DNA of 14,500 nt, taken from the NCBI GenBank assembly GCA_043826455.1, contig JBDRQD010000011.1:1-14500 (forward strand), given 5' to 3'. The stretch is from Candidatus Bathyarchaeota archaeon (GTDB lineage Archaea > Thermoproteota > Bathyarchaeia > TCS64). Below, piece after piece: positions 1-7,513 of the stretch. A model generated the notes under the pieces. The model was given only the letters and a program-made list of their open reading frames with translations, made no database searches and was not told where the DNA came from. The translations under genes and the position numbers were made by a program. Position 1 is the first letter of the stretch. Each line of letters starts with the position of its first letter.

Positions 1-633
1 ATAAGGTGGCTGCCCGACTTCTACATGTTTATACCCCTGGGGCTGAGCGCCGGCATGGTGTACTGGCTGGCCAGGGGCTACGCCACCGAGAAAGCCGTCA
101 ACGAGTACCATGAGAGCGGCCTACAGCGCATCACAACCTACCCCTTCGACGACGAAGGCCGAGGCATCATAGTAGACGCGGGACCCCAATACTGGCGAAC
201 CGGCTTCATCAAAACCATACCGCTAGCGATTGAGGGCAAGGAGGGCTACCTGCCCCTAGAGATCAACGGGGTAAGCTACCCCCAGATAATCACCAAGGGA
301 GACGGCTACACCAAAACCGACAACGAGGTGAAGATCAAGAGCGACTGGAGCCTGGCCCAGGCGTTCGCAGAGGCCCGGCTCATCGAGAAGCTACAGAAGA
401 AGGTGGCCGAGATGGAGCTGGCCCAGATGCTCATGAACAGAGCTCTACCCGTGGTGGTGGTTAACAAGATGAAGTTCTTCGAGGCTACGCTGCGGGAAAA
501 CATACTCAGCAAGACCCTCAACCCGGAGCAGCTACACGTACACGTTAAGGACGCCACCAGGAAGCTCACCGAGGAGCTTCAGAAGGTGATGCCCGTACAG
601 CAGCAGCAGGAGGAGCCCGATGGCCAAGGATAA
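1..633 (+). CDS. Membrane-anchored hypothetical protein, probably 5'-truncated by the window edge
   Basis: Frame is open from base 1 (IRWLPDFY precedes the track's M at 25). Hydrophobic segment FYMFIPLGLSAGMVYWLA, helical or coiled-coil-like C-terminal half, and QQQQEE tail. Overlaps the next gene. Confidence 0.7.
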   Translation: MRWLPDFYMFIPLGLSAGMVYWLARGYATEKAVNEYHESGLQRITTYPFDDEGRGIIVDAGPQYWRTGFIKTIPLAIEGKEGYLPLEINGVSYPQIITKGDGYTKTDNEVKIKSDWSLAQAFAEARLIEKLQKKVAEMELAQMLMNRALPVVVVNKMKFFEATLRENILSKTLNPEQLHVHVKDATRKLTEELQKVMPVQQQQEEPDGQG

Positions 634-1033
634 GCCCCAGATGGATAACCTCACCCTGCTGGCTGCCCGGCAGGGGAAAGTAGGTGACAAGATACTCGAA
701 GCATCCAATAAAACCGGGGGCATGAATACGAAGGAGTGGGCCACGCTCCTCAACTTCGACATCCCTGAGACCATTGTAACAAGTCCCTCGGAGCGCACCC
801 GCAAAGCGATTGAAACCCTGACCAGAACAGAAGGGTATAGCGTACCCGAGAACCTATCGGAGCTATTCTGGATGATTTTTGACGACTTCGCCGCATCACG
901 CCAAGAGTATGTCCGGCGTGGATGGACCACCTTGGAGCCCGATCAACCAGAGTCGAAGAGCAGCATGACCAGCCCCCTCGAAGCCGAGGCGGTGATGGGA
1001 CCCCTCAAACACGAGGAGAAGGACGATGAGTAG
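620..1033 (+). CDS. Hypothetical protein, 137 aa
   Basis: ATG preceded by AGGAG (SD-like, ~609-615); overlaps both neighbours. No recognisable motif. Confidence 0.75.
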   Translation: MAKDKPQMDNLTLLAARQGKVGDKILEASNKTGGMNTKEWATLLNFDIPETIVTSPSERTRKAIETLTRTEGYSVPENLSELFWMIFDDFAASRQEYVRRGWTTLEPDQPESKSSMTSPLEAEAVMGPLKHEEKDDE

Positions 1034-4000
1034 AAGAACCAGACAGCGGAGACCCCGCCCCAGGCGGGATAAGGGACAGGGCATAGGCGCCCCAAGCAGA
1101 AGCATGGCCGAGAAGGAGCCCTACACCTTCACCGAGAGGGACGTAGAGGCGCTGAGGCAAATACACGCCACACGTTCATGGCAGGCACAGAGGACAGATG
1201 AGCACCTGATCGCACCCATAGCCCCATCGCCCAGCCACTGGATCAAACACCCAGGCCGCCTGGACGTACCCGGCGTAGACTACCCTGACACCAAGGCCCG
1301 CAAGGCGATGGAGAAACGCAGCGAGGCCGCACAGAGAACCGACAAAGCCCTGGAGGCTCCGCTGGCGCCCACACCCGAGGAGTGGATGAAGCACCCCGAG
1401 AAGTACGACTACCCCGGCGTAGACACCAGGCAGAAAACTGAAGCCAAAGAGGCTAGGGTAGATGAGCAAAAGATCGGTAACCCCATGGCTGCGCCCGACG
1501 CCGCTAAGAAGTTCCTGGCCGACGTCGTGGAGAAGTATCGGCGGAAGCTGGACATCAAAGGCCCGGTGAAGCTGAGCGCCCAGAACCGAGGCACCCCGGC
1601 CCGCATCCGCCACTTCGCCGGCGGCAGGACGCCCCAGATAGAGGTCAACTACAGCCACTTCGCAGGCGTCTGGGAGAAGGACCCGGAGCTCACCCAGAAG
1701 TACCTGGAGTACGCCATAGCCCACGAGCTATCCCACCAGAAACAGTACGAGGACCTGGGCCACAAGGGATACCGGAAAGCCTTCTCGGTGGCCAAGGTGG
1801 AAGGCGAGTGGGACGCCGACCAGCGTGCCCTCAAAGCCATGGGCATCACAGGCAAGGACCTGGACGACTTCATGGACCGGCTGGCCAAGAAGAGCGGCGG
1901 CGTCCACGAGAAGGCTCACCCGCCCTTCAAGGGCACCCCGAACATAGAGCGCTTCAAGGACACCACTCCCCTGAACAAGCCTAAATCCGCGCCGGAGAGG
2001 ATGAGGGAGCTCTACGTGAAAGCCCTGGGCGGAGTGTTACCCACCGCCACCCAGGAGGAGCTGAAGCGGATCACGGAGAAGGCCATGGCGGAGGAGTGGA
2101 TCAAGCCCGGCGACGAAGCCAAATCCGCCATGAAGCGGGTGGGAGACCTGGCCAAGGCTGAGCTGGTGAAGCTTCGGCAGGAGAAGGCCCACCTGGAGAG
2201 GGAGGAGCAGTTGAAGCGCCTCAAGGAGCTAAAAGAGAAGCACGAGGCTAAGACCAGCGACGAGGAGAGGAGCCGGCAGCGCCTGGCCACGCTAAGGGAG
2301 GACTACGGGGTTCAGTACGACACCGCGCTGAGCGCGGCCATGGACATCAACGTCAAAGGCTACAGCAGGAAACTCTACGGTGACCTCATAAAAATGGGGT
2401 ACAGCCAGGCGGAGGCAGCCGAGATCAGCAGCACCTTCAACGAGGGCTTCATAAACCGCATCCAAGGCGAGGCGCTGAAGAAGCAAAGACAGGAAGCCAT
2501 GGACCTTGCAAGGGACGCCTTCGGGGAGGTCCCGGAGCTGTGGGAGGACGCGGTAAAGAAATACATGGCAACGGAGGTCGCCCAGAGGCCCATCCCCGGC
2601 ATGGTTGAGGCCGCCTACAGGGAGGCCCTGAGCAGCGTCAGAGACAGAACCAAACCCGAGAAGCCTCCTGAACCCATTGCCCCGAAAGAGCCTTTCAGTC
2701 AAGTAACCCAGCCTGAGTACAACAGGAAAACCGGCATGTACGAGGTCGTGCGCTACGACCCTGAAAAAGTGAGGACCACCAAGAAGCAGTTTAAGACCCT
2801 GGAGGAGGCCGAGCGATACCGTCAACGCCTTAAAGAGGCCGAGCAGAACGCCCCCGCCGCACCTAAACCCACCGTCAAGACCCGCTCAGAGTCCTACGAT
2901 TTCTACAGTGACCCCGGCCACGGCTGGCTCCGTGTGCCTATCAAGAGGCTGGAGGAGCTGGGCATCGCAGACGACATATCCAACGCCAGCTACGTGAAGG
3001 GCGGCTACGCCTACCTGGAGGAGGACAGGGACGCCACCATATTCCTACACACCCTGGGGAGCTTGGGTGTCAAGGTCGGGCTAAGGGACCACACAGCTAA
3101 CCGTGAGAGTAGCATACGGGGCTACCAGCCCTACGTGAAGCCCAGGGAAGCCGAGAGTAAACCCGAGGCTGACAGCCCTTACAGCAAGGCCAAGAGGATC
3201 ATCCTGGCCGCCAAGACCCCCCAGGAGCTTGACGGCATCATAAAGGCCGTCTACTTCGAGGAACGCTTCACCGAGGAGGAGAAGACCGACCTAGCGGAAT
3301 ACGCCCGGGCCAGACACGGCAATATGCCCGACCAGAAACGACAAGGAAACGCCGCCCTGAACCCCACAGAGGAGGCCCGGAGACAGTACGATGAGACGAT
3401 GGCTGACAGGGTTCCCAGGATGGTTAAGACGTGGAGGATGAACCTGGGTAGAGCCCTCACAGATCAGGGTCTCCCGGTTGAGGCGGCGGAGAAGTACATG
3501 AACCGGCTCACAGCCGAGGCTGTGCAGAGCAGCCAGGCCGAGTACTTCGCCGAGAACCGTATGCAGGAGGGGGCCATAGATGAGAGAGTCATCGTAATGC
3601 CTGAGGTCACCGCTGAGCGTGACGCCCTGGGGCTAGTCCAGAACAAGTACGAGAAACTGAAGAAGGAAGCCCTAGAAGAATGGGCCAATGCAAGGAGAAA
3701 AACTACGGCGATCTCACAGAGCCCCGAGATTAAGAGGATAATGGAAGGCTACAAAACCGAGCAGCCCCCACAACAAGGAGCCACCGTCAAAGCTACACCC
3801 TCAATGAGGAGCCGAGTAGCTAGCATGAGCTTTAATGAGGCGAACGCCCTCATACGGGACTGCATCAAGGCAGCCTGCCCCACGGTGAGCGTACGCAGAG
3901 GCAGAGGCACCGCCGCCGGGTGGCTGGACATCTCAGGCAGTAAAGAGTTCGGTAACTTCACCGACGCCGAGAAACAGCAGCTAGCGACCCTAGGCATAAC

Positions 4001-6218
4001 CGCCAGCAGCAACGTACACTCAATGGACTTTGACGACAAGGCCCGATTCATAGAGCGAAACAAGCTCCTCGACGAGCCGGCGCCCAAGCCCAAGGACGAG
4101 GTAGTCATAGACATACCTGATAAGAAGCCCGCAGCCACATACGACGCCGAGACCGAGAAGATCATAAAGAGAATAATGGACGAGAAAGAGGTCTCCAGGG
4201 TCTTGGTGGAGAAGAGGATCGAGGAGGAGAAGGCCCAAAAAGCCGGCCTGATAACGACCGAGGCCGCCGCCACCTTCGTAGCTTACCAGATGCTGGGGGA
4301 GCCCGTGGGTAAGACGGCGTGGGCCAAGATCAGCATGAACCAGATGGGCGGGTACTTCCGCGTAAACGAGTACAGCCCAACACTGGACAAGGTGCTACAC
4401 GATAACGTCGCATTCAAGACCCGAGAGGAGGCCCAGGCATACGTTGACCGGGTGAACAACCCCGCCGGGTCTGAGACGCTGCCCAGCCTCAAGAAGGCCA
4501 CCGCCTTCAGCCCCGAGTTCAACAAGGAGTCGGGTATGTACGAGGTGGAGGTCTACAACCCCGAGACCAGGCGGAAGAGCAGGAAGCAGTTCAGCACCCC
4601 CGACAAGGCCGAACAGTACCAGAAGCTGGTGAACGACAACCCGGGGTGGCCCACCGAGGGCTTCAAGGAGAGGCTGGGCAGCAAACAAGGACTCCCCATG
4701 CACCTCATCACCGCCGAGAACAGCAAAAGCCGGGGCGATGAGGCACTAAAGTACGACGTCTACGAGCGGCTTCCACCGAACGCCAAGCGGGGCGACAAGT
4801 ACGTGGACGACAGATGGTACAAGTACGTGGCCTCCGGCACCACTGAGTACAAGGAGGCCCCAGGCAAGGAGAAGCTAGTCGAGGACCTGGCCAAGGAGTA
4901 CCTTAACAAGGGCTCCGTCGAGGTAGAGTTCTCGCCCAACCCCCACTGGACCCCAGCCCTCAGCCAGGTGGAGCGCCTGGAGCCCGCCCAGAGCAGCTAC
5001 AATAAGGGCAAGTGGAGGGTCCAGTTCTACGGACGCGACGGCCACGGCGACAAGCGGGAGGAGGGGATAGGTGAGCGGTGGTTTGACACCTACGGGGAGG
5101 CCATGGACTTCATCAAAGAGGGGCGGGGCCGATACGAACAGAGAGGCGTGCAGAGGGAAGGCATCTGGGCCCCCATATCCGAGCCGCCCCAGCTGCCCAA
5201 GGAGCTGGAGAGTTTCACCGGCAAACAGGACAGGTTCGAGGTGGACCCCCAGCCCAGATACACGGACACGTGGAACCAGGAGCTGAAGAGGAAGGAGTAC
5301 CACTGGGTCTTCAAGAATCAGGTAGGCGGCAACATTCACACCCTGGACCAGCTCAAGGATGAGCACCAGAAGGGCGAGTGGAGGCGCCGGGACAGGACGG
5401 AGGCCGCCAAGAGCAGCAGGACCATCACCCGCAAGAAGGGCATGAGCGGCAAAGCCTGGGACCACGTGGCCATGCCCGTAGCCGAGGCAGTAGGCTTCAA
5501 CAACAACGCCGTCATCGAGGCCCAGGGCGACACCGTGGCCTTCGAGGGCATGGATCAGAGCCACGTAGCCCTCATGGTGCTGCGGGTACCTAACAACATG
5601 AGCATCCCCGAGGGCAAGTACGAGGTAGCCGACTTCGACACGGATAAGAGGGTCACCCACCGCCGGCACCCCAAGAAGCTGGAGTGGGACAACGTGGAGC
5701 GCACCCTAACCGTCGCCAACGAGAACCAGAAGAGCTACATACGGTACGAGAAGGTCCACGACTTCCAGAACAGGTTCCCCGTCCCCAGGGTGGGGTTCGA
5801 CGCCAGGATCAAGCTGGACATGAAGGAGCTACAGAAGGCAGCCGACGGAGGTGCAGAGCACCTAGCCCTCAAGGTCAGCGAGGGACGCAGCGCCCTGGAC
5901 AGCAGCTTCACCTACCACTTCGAGAAGGACGAGAAGCAGACGGTCACCCACGGGGAGGGAGCCGACGCCTGGACGAGCGAGGAGAACGTGAAGGTACCTG
6001 TATCGGGCACAGTCGGGGAGGTGGAGAAGGCCGACAAGGACGAGGTGAAGGCCGTCTACACGACAAGCTACCTCAGCGACCACCTGGGCAGCCTCGTGCG
6101 GGCCGGGTTCCGGGACGCCACACTGGAGTACGCTGAGGACATGCCGCTGAAGATCACCGCCACCCGCGACGACGGAGCTTACGCAGAGTTCTGGCTAGCG
6201 CCCTGCATAGGTGTCTAA
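1026..6218 (+). CDS. 1730-aa multidomain polyvalent-type protein: Arg-rich leader, duplicated W-x-K-H-P module, zincin metallopeptidase, repeated AP2/Arm-like modules, DPGHGWL domain, LPD29-like and RPA-N-like segments, C-terminal PCNA-like clamp
   Basis: 5.2-kb uninterrupted ORF with strong GC3 bias. HELSH at 1722-1736 with downstream E (EWDAD, 1806). PCNA signatures MDQSHVALMVLRV (5550) and TLEYAEDMPLKIT...EFWLAPCI at the C-terminus. Internal repeats are visible in the translation. Confidence 0.9.
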   Translation: MSRRTRQRRPRPRRDKGQGIGAPSRSMAEKEPYTFTERDVEALRQIHATRSWQAQRTDEHLIAPIAPSPSHWIKHPGRLDVPGVDYPDTKARKAMEKRSEAAQRTDKALEAPLAPTPEEWMKHPEKYDYPGVDTRQKTEAKEARVDEQKIGNPMAAPDAAKKFLADVVEKYRRKLDIKGPVKLSAQNRGTPARIRHFAGGRTPQIEVNYSHFAGVWEKDPELTQKYLEYAIAHELSHQKQYEDLGHKGYRKAFSVAKVEGEWDADQRALKAMGITGKDLDDFMDRLAKKSGGVHEKAHPPFKGTPNIERFKDTTPLNKPKSAPERMRELYVKALGGVLPTATQEELKRITEKAMAEEWIKPGDEAKSAMKRVGDLAKAELVKLRQEKAHLEREEQLKRLKELKEKHEAKTSDEERSRQRLATLREDYGVQYDTALSAAMDINVKGYSRKLYGDLIKMGYSQAEAAEISSTFNEGFINRIQGEALKKQRQEAMDLARDAFGEVPELWEDAVKKYMATEVAQRPIPGMVEAAYREALSSVRDRTKPEKPPEPIAPKEPFSQVTQPEYNRKTGMYEVVRYDPEKVRTTKKQFKTLEEAERYRQRLKEAEQNAPAAPKPTVKTRSESYDFYSDPGHGWLRVPIKRLEELGIADDISNASYVKGGYAYLEEDRDATIFLHTLGSLGVKVGLRDHTANRESSIRGYQPYVKPREAESKPEADSPYSKAKRIILAAKTPQELDGIIKAVYFEERFTEEEKTDLAEYARARHGNMPDQKRQGNAALNPTEEARRQYDETMADRVPRMVKTWRMNLGRALTDQGLPVEAAEKYMNRLTAEAVQSSQAEYFAENRMQEGAIDERVIVMPEVTAERDALGLVQNKYEKLKKEALEEWANARRKTTAISQSPEIKRIMEGYKTEQPPQQGATVKATPSMRSRVASMSFNEANALIRDCIKAACPTVSVRRGRGTAAGWLDISGSKEFGNFTDAEKQQLATLGITASSNVHSMDFDDKARFIERNKLLDEPAPKPKDEVVIDIPDKKPAATYDAETEKIIKRIMDEKEVSRVLVEKRIEEEKAQKAGLITTEAAATFVAYQMLGEPVGKTAWAKISMNQMGGYFRVNEYSPTLDKVLHDNVAFKTREEAQAYVDRVNNPAGSETLPSLKKATAFSPEFNKESGMYEVEVYNPETRRKSRKQFSTPDKAEQYQKLVNDNPGWPTEGFKERLGSKQGLPMHLITAENSKSRGDEALKYDVYERLPPNAKRGDKYVDDRWYKYVASGTTEYKEAPGKEKLVEDLAKEYLNKGSVEVEFSPNPHWTPALSQVERLEPAQSSYNKGKWRVQFYGRDGHGDKREEGIGERWFDTYGEAMDFIKEGRGRYEQRGVQREGIWAPISEPPQLPKELESFTGKQDRFEVDPQPRYTDTWNQELKRKEYHWVFKNQVGGNIHTLDQLKDEHQKGEWRRRDRTEAAKSSRTITRKKGMSGKAWDHVAMPVAEAVGFNNNAVIEAQGDTVAFEGMDQSHVALMVLRVPNNMSIPEGKYEVADFDTDKRVTHRRHPKKLEWDNVERTLTVANENQKSYIRYEKVHDFQNRFPVPRVGFDARIKLDMKELQKAADGGAEHLALKVSEGRSALDSSFTYHFEKDEKQTVTHGEGADAWTSEENVKVPVSGTVGEVEKADKDEVKAVYTTSYLSDHLGSLVRAGFRDATLEYAEDMPLKITATRDDGAYAEFWLAPCIGV

Positions 6219-6219
6219 C

Positions 6220-6624
6220 ATGAAAAGAGTGAAAACGAGGAGAAACCGGCCAAGGCGCGACAAGGGCAGCGGTGTGAGCCCGCCCACCAGGAGCAGGACA
6301 CCAACATACGTGGACGGGGAGATAAGGGAGTTATCGGCGCCAACATACGTGGACGTCGGAGGCCGCAGAGTCAGGGTGATCTGGGAGGACAAGAAACTCG
6401 GCTCAAACGAGGGCTGGACCCACTTCGACGAGAAAAACCAGTGGGTGGGGCACATACACGTCTGGAAGGGAGCGAAGAACCCAGACAAAATAATCGCCCA
6501 CGAGCTGGCCGAAGGCACCAGTGGCATAGGCTCACAGATGTGGCAGGAGAGGCATGAAAAGATCAAACCCCTTGAGGACAGAATCTATAAGGAGCTAACA
6601 AAAGATGAGGCGAAACAAGCCTAG
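6220..6624 (+). CDS. Small protein with Arg-rich leader and HExxE (degenerate zincin-like) motif
   Basis: Track starts at GTG 6211, but ATG 6220 has AGGTG upstream and puts the RPRRD motif at the same offset as in the neighbouring genes. IIAHELAE at ~6490-6513 follows a beta-rich segment (EGWTHF...GHIHVW). Confidence 0.75.
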   Translation: MKRVKTRRNRPRRDKGSGVSPPTRSRTPTYVDGEIRELSAPTYVDVGGRRVRVIWEDKKLGSNEGWTHFDEKNQWVGHIHVWKGAKNPDKIIAHELAEGTSGIGSQMWQERHEKIKPLEDRIYKELTKDEAKQA

Positions 6625-7513
6625 GAGAACCCGCCCCAGGCGGGATACGGGCGGCGGAGTCAGCCCGCCCACCAGGAGCCGCCCCCAACCCAACCCGAAC
6701 ACGGCAAGGATCATCAAGGAGGTGGACAGCATCCTCAACGAGCCCCGCTACGAGGACTTCGTGAAGAGGCTGGGCGAGGCCGCCCGGGACCCCAAGGTAC
6801 GGGGCGTACTCATCGGCGGCCTCATGGACGGGAAGAAGCTGGATGACGTGGTGCAGCACGGCGACATCATGAGGATGTGCCTGAACCTCACCCCCATACA
6901 GCACGAGATAGACCTTGAGAAGAGCCTGGAGTGGGTGGGCAAGCACCCCGAGAACGTACCCCTCATGCTCCGGGGAGGCACCCTGGGGCCTGAGCACTTC
7001 GGCGGCGTCCCCATAGTAGTCAGCTACGGCCAGTACATCATAGACGGCCACCACCGTTGGAGCCAGGTCTACATGGTCAACCCGGAGGCCAGGCTGGAGG
7101 CTATAGACCTACACGTGGAGGACCCCAGGGCCGCCCTGCGGAGGAGCCAGGTAGCCATAGCAGCCATGACGGGGGAGGTCCCAGTGGCCAGGGTGGAGCC
7201 CGGTAAGAACATCTACACCATGAGCCCCGAGGAGATCAGGCGCACCATACCCAGGTACCTCAACCCAGCCTTCTACCAGGCCTTCTACGACACCTACCCC
7301 GACAGCTTCCAGAGTGAAGAGGACGTGCAAGCCTACATCTTCCAGAACATCATGAGGATGAGGCGGCACAGCAGACCCCAGTCCGACATCGGGCGCGAGC
7401 TTATGCCCCAGTATGGCAAGGTGGGCGCCCGCCAGGGCGTCGAGGCCCTGGAGGCCGGGGAGGTCAACATAGAGCCGCCCTACGTGAAGCGGCTACCTAA
7501 GAGCGGTGTCTAA
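6605..7513 (+). CDS. ParB/Srx-like domain protein with Arg-rich leader
   Basis: PIVVSYGQYIIDGHHRW; the DGHHR motif (7043-7057) is the ParB/sulfiredoxin-fold signature. No ParB HTH is evident and there is no adjacent parA. Confidence 0.8.
   Translation: MRRNKPRRTRPRRDTGGGVSPPTRSRPQPNPNTARIIKEVDSILNEPRYEDFVKRLGEAARDPKVRGVLIGGLMDGKKLDDVVQHGDIMRMCLNLTPIQHEIDLEKSLEWVGKHPENVPLMLRGGTLGPEHFGGVPIVVSYGQYIIDGHHRWSQVYMVNPEARLEAIDLHVEDPRAALRRSQVAIAAMTGEVPVARVEPGKNIYTMSPEEIRRTIPRYLNPAFYQAFYDTYPDSFQSEEDVQAYIFQNIMRMRRHSRPQSDIGRELMPQYGKVGARQGVEALEAGEVNIEPPYVKRLPKSGV

Noticed and set aside
1032..1046. AGAAGAACCAG match between the IS right-end/guide junction (14141-14151) and the start of the giant gene, suggesting TnpB targets the element
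   Set aside because: Only 9 guide bases match before a gap, and the upstream bases are GTAG rather than TTAC; consistent with chance.
1026..1103. Twin-arginine (Tat) signal interpretation of the RR-containing leaders
   Set aside because: There is no S/T-R-R-x-F-L-K consensus and no hydrophobic h-region after the arginines.
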